Origin: Antedon mediterranea
Taxonomy: Eukaryota; Animalia; Echinodermata
Direction of reading: 5' to 3'
Length of the DNA: 64,000 bases
Assembly (NCBI RefSeq): GCF_964355755.1
Contig: NC_092675.1
Coordinates: forward strand, 1 to 64,000
In this document: in pieces, positions 39,601 to 54,600 of the stretch
Layout of the letters: each line of letters begins with the position of its first letter
Position numbering within the stretch: the stretch's first letter is position 1
Position numbers and translations under genes: made by a program
The notes under the pieces: model-generated
Database searches by the model: none
The model's input: the letters and a program-made list of their open reading frames with translations, nothing else
Told to the model about the DNA's origin: nothing

Positions 39601-42600
39601 GTTTAGTCATTGCTTTCGCCCCTCAAGTCTTTGACTTCCTGGCAACTGAACTAGATCCAAAAACAGTGTGCTCCGCCATCTCTTTCTGTCAGAGCTCTCT
39701 TTTAAGCAGATTTAACAGTGTTAACTTCCAGGTACAGTTGTTTGATTTATTCACTTCAAACATCTTTAATGACATTGATAAAATGCTATAGTAAGATGAA
39801 ATTGAACCGGGATAACCAAAATTACCATATTTGGGCACATCACACTTTTTTTGTCTTAGTGTAGACAGAGCTTAAGGGTTTTCCATACCGAAGTGCATGT
39901 TACATTTTGTAAGATTTTTGTACATGTGAATCGGGTGTTAATTTAGAATCGATGATATACCTACCTTAAATTATATTTTCAATAATATATTCCATACTAC
40001 TTTACAAAGAAACTGTAAATAATTTGTGTCGTTTACTGTGCAATATGCTTTTATCTATAATGTATTCCTCAATGTACAGTATGGTGTATAATTAATGTAC
40101 AGTATGTTGTATAATTAATGTACAGTATGGTGTATAATTAATGTTCAGTATGGTGTATAATTAATGTTCAGTATGGTGTATAATTAATGTTGAGTATGGT
40201 GTATAATTAATGTTCAGTATGGTGTATAATTAATGTTCAGTATGGTGTATAATTAATGTTGATGTTCAATATGTTTAAAAGGCAGGAGATATGTGTGCTG
40301 ATTGCAAGGCTTTCTTCGCGGATTCTGAAGCTATGCTGAAAAATACAACTGTTCAGGTACGGTACTGCAAATTATTTTTACTTAATTTAAGTTTTTTTTT
40401 TTACTTTAATTACTTTTAACAATAAATCTAACTAAAATAATGATTAGAAAAAAAAATAGTAAAAAACTGCAATACTATTTTGGCACTTACTAATACTAAA
40501 AATTAAAAAAAAATTATTATAAAAATCAAGAAACCGTACAAAACAACTACATTCACTAATACAAAAATATCAATATATATATGTAAAATGTAAAATATGA
40601 GTATCATACAATATTCACAATTTATGAATTAAAAATGGGTAACATTATTATTGTATTCATATATTATCATTGTTACTGTTAACACTTCGACTGCCAGAGG
40701 TTTTTCCAGTTAGAAACTGCCACCGCCAGCGTTTTTAGCCCAATTCGATGTTTTTATTAAAGCTGATTGAAACCATGTATGTGATCTGATTTATATGTAT
40801 TTAGACTAAAATAATCATAAAGATTTTAGCTTTACAATGGTAAAAAGAACGATTTTTAAATCGCAATATGTAAATCGTAATAGTAAAATGAAAGTAACCC
40901 ACTTTTTGAGTTTTTCGTAGTTTCGCTCAAGAAAGTCGAGATATTCGCGATTTTGTGCAAGACATCACAATATGAAAATATCGCCCGGTGAGATCAACAA
41001 ACAACAAAAAGGTTACTTACACGGCACCGATAGGCCTATAAAAACAAGTTATCACTATCGAAAAATGTATTACATTTTATAAATCATAAATCTTACATCA
41101 ATGTTTTGCCAAAATCCACATAGTAAAGACACCAGGCCTAGTTAACCAGGCCTAAAGTTGGTCCGGAACCGTTTTACGACTACTAGGCCTAGGCTAGCCT
41201 TGTACTACTAGCCTAGATAGTAAACGGATGATAATATCCATACCATTTCAAAACAAGTTTGTTGCGTGAAACTCGGGTCACTTTCAGTAAAACACCAAAA
41301 CAATTAGGGTATACATACAATAATAAAATTAAAGACTTCGTATTGAAAATGACTCCATTATTTTTTATTCAGATAACAAACAAACATGTCAATCCACAAA
41401 AACCTTTGTAATGCTTCGGCGGCATAGCTAGCGCGCGACCGATACACAATGCGCCAAGCCATCGCTCTACGCGCTACTGTGATGCGCGGTGTTTGTTATT
41501 TCGACAGGTACCATTTTGACAGTCGTTCGTAACCAGATTAGTTACTTTCAAATTGTAAAATATTGACGGTCCAGACCGAATATAGTGATCATATTTATAG
41601 TATATACCAATAATTAACCTATCTACCGGATTTCGTAAAAAAACGCGAAAAACGAAGATCTTCGTGTTTGGCAGTCAAGCGTTGTGTTTCCAAAAACGAA
41701 GATCTTCGTGTTTGGCAGTCAAAGTGTGAACAATCAATTCTATAGTCTATATTGCATGCATATCTTAGCTATAAAATATATATTATTAAATTCAGTAGTT
41801 GCTTTCGGTTTTGATTTAATTAAACCGCTAAGAGATAATTATAGATAATGAAGTCTCATTATTCCTGCTTTTACTTTAGAATGAGCTGAAACAAGATTTA
41901 CTTCCAGTTTGTAACTATTTAGGTACTTACGAAGAAGAGTGTAAACTTGCAATCGAAAGTTTCTTACCTACCATCCTCAATACAGTGGCTGGTTATCTGG
42001 TGAGTAAATATACGATTTATTCATTTATTTCCACATCCAAACTATCGCAAAATAGACTTTTGATCAAGTCTTATTTTTACAAAGCATTTTATAGCAAGTA
42101 TATCCTGTAATCAAATTTGAGAATTTTTAAAGATATATTCTGCCCTGAATAAATAATGTTTTTGTTGAATACAGTATTCAGTATTTTTTCATATTTTGTA
42201 GTGACAATACATCTTTAAAATGTTGTTCCCTGTATACAGTATTTTTAAAAAGATTTTTATTTCTTCCAGGATCCTGCTACAGCTTGCCCAGCAATTGGTT
42301 TCTGTCCAAGCATTGAAGTTAAACACGAACTGAAAACTAACCAGTTGGAAGCGGTTAATGCTGTAAGACTTTTTGAAGTTTAAATTTGTAACCTATACCC
42401 TTTTCACATCTGCATAAATTGTTACAACTTGTTGGTTTGATCTTGCGATTTATTGCACGTTTTCATACATGTTTGTATACAAACCGGGAGTTTCAGGAAA
42501 TAGCATAGTTGCACACTTTGATTACTATGATTGGTCAGTTTAATACCAGGGCAATACACGCAGAACAAAAAAAATCATCATTGTGTTTTTTGGGAGATTT

Positions 42601-45600
42601 TCCACAAAATTGTCTTCACACTATTCAAACCTGGTTACAAGTTGTTACTTTTTGCAGAGTGTGAAAAAGATATTAGTGTGTATAAGTCATAAAAACCTCA
42701 AAAGTTTTAGAAAGTTTTCCATCTATAATAACGGAATATACCATAATTTTACTTTTATATCATTTTGGTATAAGAATAAATATTATAAACAAAAACTGAT
42801 AATAAAAGAAAACAAAATTAAAATAAAAATGGAAAGCAAGCCTCTGGAAGTAAAATTTCTGATCAAGAGAGCACAGGAAGCTCTGTATCAAACATTATGT
42901 GACAAAAAAGTGTCATATGTCCAAATATGGTAGTGATATGCCCAAATATGGTAGTGATATGACATCATCATGTCCATATATGGGCACATCACATGTTTTT
43001 GTCACATAAAGTTTGATAGTGTAGATACGACTATTTTATTCTATATTTTCAGGATCCATGTACTGATTGCAAGGCTTTCTTTGGTGATGTTAAAACTGTA
43101 CTTATGAATGAAACTAATGAGGTTTGTCTAATTCCAAAGTGTAAATTTAGTGCATTTCATTAATTGTCTAAAGCTCTGTCTACACTGTCAAACAAGTGTG
43201 ATGTGCCCAAATATGGTAGTGATATGCTTAAATATTGTATTGATAGGACATCATCATGTCCATATATGGGCATATCACTTCTTTTTTTTCCACATAAAGT
43301 TTAATAGTGTTGCCAGAGCTTAGTAGATTGTTATTATTCCACCATGATTGGTGTAGACAGAGCTTAGTAGATTGTTATTATTCCACCATGATTGGTGTAG
43401 ACAGAGCTTAGTAGATTGTTATTATTCCACCATGATTGGTGTAGACAGAGCTTAGTAGATTGTTATTATTCCACCATGATTGGTGTAGACAGAGCTTTAG
43501 GCTAACATGCAACATTTTGTGCATGGAAGTCTGAATTTAATTCAGAATATTGTTTTTAGATTATCACGCTCTTTAAATCATGTAGTCGTATCATACTGTA
43601 CTACAATCAGGAATTAATTTGTTGCCATATTCACCAATCAAACTTATGCGAAAAAATTGAAATTTCTTTTATCTAAAAGTGATTACAAACTTAAGTATAT
43701 CTTTAAATAATGGTTGACTTAAAACTTGAAAGTGAAATTACTCACTTATGTGTTATTTGTAAATGGATTGGAGGGAAATTGTGCTATAACTAAGCTATAC
43801 AGTATTTATGGAATGGTATGAATAATGTAATTTAATTCATATTATCTTTTATTTTATGTAGGAAACAATTATAAATGGATTGAAGACTTTGTGTGCAGAT
43901 CTAGGTTCATATGCAGCTGAGTGCAGTACATTAGTTGATCAATATGGTAAAACAGTCATCTCATTACTTGCTTCATCACTTGTAAGTATTATCCTTTATT
44001 CAAGATTTATATATGTAATTGGCTTTTTAAGCTCTGCCTACACTATCGAACTTTATGTGACAAAAAATGTGATGTGCCCTTATATGGACACGATGACATC
44101 ATATCACTACCATATTTAGGCACATCACACTTTTTTGTCAGATAAAGTGTGAGCTTAAAGCTCTGTCTACACTATCAAACTAGTCACTTAAAGTTTGATA
44201 GTGTTGAAAATATGTCCACACTATCCATTTTAATCATGAAAGCAGTTATGATTATCAACAAGGTACAATTTCCATAAAATATGTTATCTTTACAGGATGC
44301 TTCAGTAGTATGTAAAGATATTGGGTTTTGTTCTGCTGGTGGATTGCTCAAATTGGTTAGTATTAATATACAATATAACAAATATTTATCTATGAAAAAT
44401 GATGGTGTGTTTGGAGTGTGCAAGTTTCATAGTTTTATTCATTCTTTTGGTTTATGATGCATAAAGTGATGTGCAAAACTCAACCCTGCTATCTAGTACC
44501 AAGTGCAACATAATGGACTTGTCAATTGTATGACCCACTACGACCCCCAGGAGAGGTGCGTCATTTGTCCGATGTGCGTCACATCTTATGAATACCATGA
44601 CGCACCTGTGTCGAAAAAGTGCCTTGCCTTTAGGTTACCATGACACATCCATTTTGACGCACTGTGACTGATGTTCATGATATGGTTGGAGGTAAATTGA
44701 CGGACATTGACACACCATTTTCAGGGAATAATTTCGCCAGTGTAGCATAGCAAAAAGCTATACAAAACAACCTATTTGCTACACATTTCGCAAATTGTGT
44801 AGCAAAAAATGCAATACAAAACTATGTTTCTCGACTCAACAATCAGTTTGATTAGCAATTTTGCTAAACAAAATTTTTAAATGAAATTTTTCCCTGCATT
44901 TTTCGTTGATGTGGCATACCATTTAGGTGTTTTGATGCACCCCAGCATCAATAAGTATTTGTAAATGACACATCCATGGTGCACCTCTCCCGAGGTTGTA
45001 TGGTGGGTCATACAATTGACAAGTCCATTATGATGTACTTGGTACTAGATAGCAAGGATGAGTTTTGCGCATCATTTTATGTACTTTATCATCAACCAAA
45101 AGAATGAATAAAACTTGCATACTCCAAACACACCATCATTGTTTAGAATATCTGTTTAAAATACATGTTTGACACCTATTAAAAATGCTTGCACAATAAT
45201 ATTGTGATTTACTTTCTAAAGACTGGGGACATGTGTACAGATTGTGAGGCTTTCTTTGGCGATGTTGATGCTATTTTACAGAATACCACTATCCAGGTAT
45301 AGTTTTAGTTTTGATTACCAGTTTTGATTGTCTATGTTTGAGTAATACAAGTATATTAGTATTACTCAACAAAGACTTTTAATATTCCAAACACAAAAGT
45401 TACTTTATTTTAGAAATGACTTTGTCAAAAGTTGGGTTGAGTTGAGTTGTGATCTTAGTCTAAGACTAAGCCACATCAACCATACAATTGACTACCATAT
45501 ACTCCAGGTATAATCCCACTTCCGATCTAATCCCACCCCCTGCTTTATGTCAGATTTCACAAACAGGCATATCCCCGGGTATAGTCCCAGTATTGACTTT

Positions 45601-48600
45601 TGGTCTGGATGTAGGCCTCTCTCTAGCCAGGATGGGATTATACCAGAGGATATACGGTATTTGGAATTACCCATGCATATGGAAAATAGTTTGGCCTTTT
45701 TTCAGAAGTACCTTTTTTCATCATGCGCTTGCTTATTTAGATTTAATTACATGCTTAAAAATGTTACTGTATGAATATTTCTTGTTTAATCCATATAGAA
45801 AGAGCTGGAGGATGAGTTAAAGAATGTGTGTGATCTGTTTGGAACTGAAGCAGACCAGTGTAAAACGTACATAGACACCTATGGACCAATAGTCTTCTCT
45901 CTTCTTGCATCATATGTTGATCCCAAAACTGTCTGTACTGCTATTCAATTCTGTCCAGCATCTTTCGTCAATGCTATTGTGAGTAATTATCGTTCAATCT
46001 TGTATGTTTGATCCTTCATTATTTTTTAATTTGGTGTATTTAAATTACCATTGTATTTTGTACACAAAGGGTAATTCATTCATACGATGACGTCATGTTG
46101 CCGGCAACCAGATTCATTCATGATCCATTTATTCTACAAATTAATTCTGGACTATGACTGATTTTGGTTATTTAACCTATTCATTCATGCATATTTTTTT
46201 TGTTCTGTGTTTTATTTGTTTTCTATGTGTTCTGATATGACTAAAACGTATGGTGAGAGTCAATAAAAAATGTTCATAATATAATAATAATATTCATTCT
46301 TATATGCTTATTGCGCTCTAAACATAAATACTCCCATAATGGAGCTAGTAATCAGTGCAAAGTTGTGCCTAAGGATACTGCAATGTGGTGGGAGTTGGAT
46401 TCAAGCGTGGAAGTTCATTTTAGTCAGACAAATTATTAAAGAAAAATAATATATTATATTATTTTTCTTTTCTTAGAATGTGAAGACTTCAGGAGACATG
46501 TGTAATACGTGCAAAAAAACTGCCAGTGAAATTGATGCCTACCTTAACAACCCTGTCATTCAGGTAAAATAAAATCACTGACAAACCTTTTTGGTATAAA
46601 TCCATCTATTTTTAACAGTTAATATTCTACATTAATTTATCACACAATAATCATTAATCAAATAATCAAAATAAATCACTTTGGTTTATCAAATACTGTG
46701 GGTTGCATACTTTAAAATACTCATTGACTGGTTTATTATATGTGTACAGAAATCTATTGAAGAAGCCCTGGACATTGCTTGTAACTCTGTGACCTCAATA
46801 GCTGAAGAGTGCAAGGCAGTGGTGGATCTTATAGTTCCAAAAGTTCTTGTGGAATTGGCAACTTTATTGGTAAGTTCCTTGTTCAAGATTAAAGAAATGT
46901 TAGTGGTTCACTTTAAAATGGATATTCATTTTTCTTGGCATAATTAAGACAATAAAACAACAAAGAAAAATACATAAATTGCAAAAGGCAATACCTTAAA
47001 AACTATTAAAAATGCAGAAATTCCATAGGCCCTGTAAAATACAGTTAAACTTTGTTAACTATTCAATTATACTATTTGTTGTAGTTCATAACAAACTGTG
47101 CAGAAGAGATTTAGCAAAGGAATTCTAAAATTCTCCTTGATACAACAAGCCCTATTCTATTTGATAGTGCATTCCTGCTCTTACAGATTTTTCTTTTTAC
47201 AATTGCTAATCTGCACAGTTTTAAACTGTTGAACATTAATACTAATTACAAAATCATCTAGACTCTTATAATTATACAAGCCTTGCCATAGCCCTGAATT
47301 TATATATCTTTGATAAATTTCTTTGTTTTTAGGAACCAGACACATTCTGTTCGTTATTTGGTTTCTGTTCTTCTCAAAAAAACAAAGTGGTATGTACTCT
47401 TTAAGTGAAAGAAACATTTGATAGGAAATATAAGAATAATATTAATATTCCATTCTGTTCACATGTTTTCTATTAAAGTATAAAAGTTTCATTATATACT
47501 AAGGAGTTATGTAGCCGACTGCTTAGGACACTTGACTGAGACAATTGGATTCAATCCCCGACAACTTCCAGTCTACTCAGCTGTAAATGAGTACCTGGTT
47601 GAAAATACTAGGAAGGATAAGGCAGCATGGAAAGAAACAGGCCACCCTATCACATAATGCCGAGGCTTAGTAAAATGAGCTCCTAACAGCTCATTACGCT
47701 ATGTTCAGAAAAATGAATACAGGAATTGCCTACCTATTACTATAATTTCTAATATAGTATCGGATACTGCCACCTTTTCCATACAACAAATAGTTTGTTC
47801 ATAGCATTTCTGTTTCTAAAATATTTATTTGTTTTGTAGATTACCATGGTAACCATGAAATTGGCAACCCCAAGTAAGTTTTTAAAAGTTATGATTGTTA
47901 ATTGTAAAACAGGCTGCATTTGTAAAAGTTTAGAAACTTTGGATTGGTTTACTTGAAATTAGCCTATGCTATGTTAGCACAGGTATTCAACACCTCAAAT
48001 GAACTGTGTTTTTTTTCTATTTCTAGTTAAACAAGTTGAAAACAAAAATCTGGTTGCTCTGACAAATGTTGTAAGTTGTAGTTATATTATATAATTATTT
48101 TATTTTTTATCTTGTAATTTGTTTCCTCTTGATTGTTCAAATGCTCAAATCATTTAAATTAATGTAGTAATTTTATATTTTTGTAGGTTCCTGCAGTAAA
48201 GATGAGCCAAGGAAAACCAGTAGACACAAAAGTAACCGATTCCACCATTTGTCAAGTTTGTGAAGAAGTTGCGCAAGCTCTTGAAGGTTTACTAACAGAA
48301 AACTCAACTGAGGTATTAGTTCATTTGTAAATGTTTATAAAATACATGTATCTGCAAAAATCCCCATCCCCAATGCATTATTGTGAATGTCTAGTTTTCA
48401 TATATAGTAATGATATTAATAATAGTTCATTCATAGCGCATATAACCTAGCTCTCAATGCACTGTGCATGTTAAATTAAAATTGATGAGAAGTGGCAATA
48501 ATTTAAATGAATGAAAAACTTGTTTGAAATGGAAAGACTTCAACTGGGTCTTGAAAGAGTTTGGGTTAGTACTGATGGAAATTGGCACAGTATAATTGTT

Positions 48601-51600
48601 TTCGTAGCAGAAATACAAAAAACAATATTATAAAACCATTATAAATTTTATTCTGATTTTATAATTTTTACTGTATTTACATTCATGATCAACCTGGAAT
48701 TTAAATAAAATCAAACAGTACGATGTACAAAAGTTCACTGATTTCATCTTTGGAACTATGCAAGTAGTATCTATGTAAATTTGTTCTCTTCCTTTTCAGA
48801 CTGAAATAGTAAATGCTGTTGAGAAAGTATGCGACATCCTGCCTTCAAAATTTAAGACTGAATGTAATGCTTTAGTGACGCAGTATGGCGCTGTTTTAAT
48901 TGAACTTTTAGTTCAATCTGTCCCACCATCTAAATTATGTTCCGATTTGCACCTGTGTTCTAGTAAAGGTAAATATCAATTTACAAAATACATAGGTGAA
49001 AAATAACCATACTGATGCTTGCAACCTCAACAACAGAGTAAAAAAGGATGAAGATAAAAGGTTGTGTTTATACAACACCCTTCTTACTTTACACGCCTAC
49101 TATATGTATATGTGGGTTTTCACAGACGAAGGTCAATCCCCTAAACCGAGCCGAGCTGTGAACAGGAAGGTCAGTCACAGCTAAGTGTCTGCTGTATTCT
49201 CACCTTTATTACATATAGAGGGCAACTTACCCCAGAGGTCACTTTAAAAGGCTACTTCATCTCACCAACCGGCCAAATTTGGTGGGTTCTCAAGTAGCCT
49301 TTCCAGGCGGTTTTGTAATTACACGTAATCCTTTTCTCTTTCTGTTCCGTTTATACTACACCCCAAATGGGAACCAAATAGCCAGGTTTTCCTTATACCA
49401 TTATGCAGTATTTCATAGGTCCCTGTGAATCAATAACTGATTTTGTCATGTAATATGTACTTTAGATTTCTTATCACATTTGTAATATATGATTATAATT
49501 TATTTATTTAATAGAAATGATTTTGTCTGCATCTGAACAATGTACTTTGTGTGAATATGTAATTAAGACACTGGACTCAATGATCTCGGAAAATTCCACG
49601 GATGTAAGATTTTATTTTTTATGAAATTTAAAAACAGTTCAAACTTGTATGCAGTGTATACATGTATGATCCAGAGCATTTGTACATAGGACCAATAACA
49701 TCAAGGAATTCGGAATTGAGTTAAAAACATTTCTTTATTTGATACGATGAAACAAAACATTAAAAATAAAGATTGGTAATAAGGTTTGTTCCTTTTAATT
49801 TAGCAAGAAATTATAAATGCCCTTGACAAAGTTTGCAGCTACCTACCAAAAACTATAGCAGCTGATTGCGAGGATTTTGTCAACACTTACACACCACAAA
49901 TCTTAGGAATCATAAGAGAGCTATCACCTGACCAAGTGTGTACAGCCCTAGGCCTCTGTACCTCAAAAGGTAATGACATTATTTTACTTTTATCTTTTAA
50001 TAAAATAATTTCTTTATAGAAATCATTATTATTTGTACATTTGTCTGTTGTATTCTACATTGCAAAAAGAGATATTTATTTTATGTTGTAAACATTCTTA
50101 AGCTCTGTCTACAAACTAGTTTGAAAAAAAAGTTTGATGTGCCCAAATATGGTAGTGATATGCTCAAATATGGTAGTGATATGTGGCAATGAAATGATAT
50201 CATCATGTCTATGGTCACATTACATTTTTTGTTTGCCCTACTCTGACGCAAAGCTACTCCACAGTCCACAAACAATTACAATTCTAAAGCTCTGTCTACA
50301 CTATAAAAATAGTTTGACAAATAAGTGTGATGTTCCCAAATATGGTGTTAATATGCTTAAATATGGTAGTGATATGACATTATCATGTCCATATATGGGC
50401 ACATCACATTTTTCTGTCAAACTATTTTGATAGTGCAGACAGACCTTTACTATTGAATATTTGAATTACTTTTCTAAAATATTAATGCAAAAACATATAC
50501 TGCTGTATACTGAAGACATAAATGTTTCATTTTATACTTTCTTTGTTGTTTAGTTGTAAAGAATGTTGATGCATCTGCTGAGTGCGTTCTATGTGAATTT
50601 GTCATGCAGGAGCTGGACACTATACTTTCTGAGAATTCTACCGAGGTAAAGTTTTCTTGATCTTCAATCAATCAACAATTTACAGATAAGGATCTTGGTT
50701 CTTGTGATAAGCCTTATTGCAACTCAAACGAAACTATACTGAGATTGGGTGCTGTAACATCAACAGAGGCTGAATTTGAAACAAAACACCGGTGGTAAAA
50801 CTCCTACTCATAACAAGAGATGTGCACATAAGCCATATATGTACATTTGACCTCCATGTCCTTACCCGAGTAGACTTATTCTACCACCAGAACTATGGTT
50901 GAAGAGAGACTTGAACTTGTGCTGATACTAGGACTTTGGTTTGTGGCGCCTCTGCCTTAACCACTCGGCCACTCGACTCGATCTTGTCATGTTCTCGGTT
51001 TTAAATTCCACATTTTTCACTAACAAAAAGTAATCAGTTTTACTTTAATTACCTCTATGTTTTTTGAATGTTTGTTTACAGCAAGAAATCATAAATGCTT
51101 TGGAAAAAGTTTGCTCTTTACTACCAAACACCCTACAAGATGACTGCGACAGTTTAGTCAAGCAGTATGGCCCAGAAATAATTGAGCTACTGAAAAGTCA
51201 ATCACCAGATACCATCTGCACTTCTATTGGTCTTTGTGGAGCTAGTAAGTTGCACCCCAAATGCAATTCTTAGTGTGAAAGCTTAAAATGTCCGTTTTGG
51301 CTTATATTATATATAGTTTCATAGTAGGCACAGTTTTACTAACTTTATTGGGTAGAAACCAACTTATCCACATTCAAACAACTCCTCAAATTCCACATTT
51401 TTAATTTGCTCTTTCAACATTAACATTTTGCTCTTTTAAAAATATCTTTCTGTTGAATGTTCAGCACTTGCATTTTGCGCTATATTAACACTTTGACTGC
51501 CAGAGGTTTTTCCAGTTAGAAACTGCCACCGCCAGCGTTTATAGCCCAATTCGATGTTTTTATTAAAGCTGATTGAAACTATGTATGTGATCTGATTTAC

Positions 51601-54600
51601 ATGTAATTTAGACTAAAATAATCATAAAGGTTTTAGCTTTACAATGGTACCAAGAACGATTTTCAAATCGCAATATGTAAATCGTAATAGTAAAATGAAA
51701 GTAACCCACTTTTTGAGTTTTTCGTAGTTTCGCACAAGAAAGTTGAGATATTCGCGGTTTTGTGGAAGACATCACAATATGAAAATATCGCCCGGTGAGA
51801 TCAACAAACAACGAAAAAGTTACTTACACGACAAGTTATCACTATCGAAAAATGTATTACATTTTATAAATATAGTGTCCATATTTATAGTATATACCAA
51901 TAATTAACCTATCTACCGGATTTCGTAAAAAAACGCGAAAAACGAAGGTCTTCGTGTTTGGCAGTCAAGCGTTGTGTTTCCAAAAACGAAGATCTTCGTG
52001 TTTGGCAGTCAAAGTGTTAAATTGAACTTTATTATTATTATTATCATCCAAGTAAATGGGCAGATATTATTACTCAATTGTAATTTGTTTTTACAATCTT
52101 GATCATTACCTTCGATCACAGTGAATCACAATCATGCCTTTTACTTTTGGAATCCATTCAAATTTAAAGCAATGGGTCCTGTGTCAATAGTGATTGTACA
52201 ATAAAGTACTTCGTACTCTATTCAAAAAGAGAAAGGGATCTGGTGTGATGATCATGATCCCAGGCTTCCTCTGAAAGAACCATCTTGAACAGAAGAGGTC
52301 AGTTATTATAAAGAAATAAATCTGAATTATTTCTCCCTTTTTCCTCAGAACCAAAAGTTACTGCTTCTGGCGTTTGCATACTTTGTGAATTTGTCATGAC
52401 AACAGTGGATAAATATCTTGCAGAAAATTCTACCGAGGTAAACAATGTCATTAGCACTTGTTCTGAATTTCAGCCACTTTATAGGTTATTTTTTAGATAG
52501 CCAATTCAACAGCCAAACAACCCCATCCAATTTTCAAATATAGTCATTATTGATAAAACACTCAAATCGTTAATGTATAAGAAACAGAATGCTGTCTTGT
52601 AGCTTTGAACTACTTGTATTTATTTTATTTATTCGGTATATAAAAATATATTACAAAACGGCAGTCAAGGACTGAAATGAAATGTATTACAAATGACTAA
52701 AAATTAGTTAAAATTGCTATAAAAATAGAAACATCTTGATAAAATTAGATATCGTACCATACAATTAAAAACATACATGAATAAAAAACCTTAAAACATT
52801 CACTTATTACATATCTAAAAAAGAGCTAGTGGTGCCTATTAATTATATCCACCATGGTGGGAACTGGAGACGACCTAAGTCTGCTGGTTTTACAATGAGG
52901 TACTTCTAGAAAGCGGTTGACTCTGAGAGACCGAGCTGGCTTATGAAGAGGGGGAAGTATTTCTCTAAACAGCTCGGATTTTAATAAGCCTTCCCCGAAA
53001 GACAACACAAGTTTATTTCTTCTCTCTACAAGAGTAGGTAAACCAGTAACAGACAATGCATGATCATAGCACAAATAGTTGTTACCTAGCATGATACGCA
53101 ATGCTCTCTTTTGTACCTTTTCAATAGACTTGGACATGTCTTTATTATTTCATATCTATCAACCATTCTTGAACTGTGAGATTTACAATTAAAAAAATAT
53201 ACACTATTAAAAATGGAAGTAGCATCTTTTAACAATAGAACACATTATTCAATAAAATGTATGCATTCTGAAAAAAAAATCCGGTTACACTGGTGGATTA
53301 AACTGCTCATAATGTGGCTTTTGCACATAACAAAAATATATAGTATATGTATTCTTTTTTTTTCATGATTTTCTAAAAAACATGCATAAAAATACAAAGT
53401 AGACGGCAGTTAACATTTCTGCAAAGTACCACAAAGATTGTTTCTTAAAATTTTAAATATTTTGTGTGCAAATTTCCAACTTATTATTTCATTTTAACGT
53501 AAACAGGCTGAAATTAAGAAAGTTTTGGTTGAAGTTTGTAACATCTTACCAACAACCATCACTGCTGACTGCATTACCTTTGTTAATAAATATTCGGATA
53601 CTATCATCCAACTCATTTTGAATGACATTGATCCAGTAAATGTATGCAAAGAACTTACACTGTGTACTGATAGTGTTGCTGTTCAACAACTTAAAGGTAT
53701 GATGTGTACAATTGTACCATAGGAAAAAAATGCTTATGAACTTTCAGCTCAGTAATCCAAAATTTAAAGGGTTGAATTTTACATTGAGCTTTTGCTGGTT
53801 ATAACTCAGGACAGCTGATCATTCATCTGCTTTGTTAAGCTCTGTCTTCACTATCAAACATTATGTGACAAAAGAATGATATGTGCCCATATATGGACAT
53901 GATGATGTCATATCACTACCATATTTAAGCATACCACTGCCATATTTGGACACATCACACTTCTTTTGTCAAACTAGTGTGATAGTGTAGACAGAACTTT
54001 ATGCAATCAATTTGATGATGCATTCATTACAAACATTATAAATTATACTGCTGTTCTTTGGCCTCCACAGTAACCAGTGACGAGACCTGCGATTTATGCA
54101 AAATGGTGGTGATGTACGGTGATAAATACTTAGTGGAAAACTCAACCGTTGCTGAAATAGTGAAGATATTGCATTCAGTGTGCGATGTGTTTGAAGGAGA
54201 TTACAGAAGCAAGGTAGGTATATTATTTGTTATAGTATTCTTAAAATATTTAAAAGGAATTAATTTTAGTATACTAATGTTTAAATGTAATTTGCTCTGG
54301 AAAAAGAACTGGTATTTTGCACAGAATGAAATGTGAAGGAACATAATTAATTTAAGAAAAACCAAATTTGTTTTTATACAGTGTCAAAGCATTGTGGTAG
54401 AATATGGTCCAGCTATTCCAGCGCTTATTGCACAGTTAACGTCTCCAACCAAAGTCTGTCAGGTAAGGTATCAAATTATTATATTACTACATTTAAATCT
54501 TTATTGGTCTGAACATGCTTGAGGTAGAATATGGTCCTGAATTTTTCTTTGTAGAAAATGGAGCTTTGTCAGACTGGTGAAATGCTTGGTCAGAAGGAAT

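Noticed and set aside
40683-52016. Recombination between the two direct piggyBac-like copies as the cause of the saposin expansion
   Set aside because: The copies are nearly identical (young) while the domains are highly diverged. The host introns also differ in phase (0 vs 1), so an exchange would frameshift.
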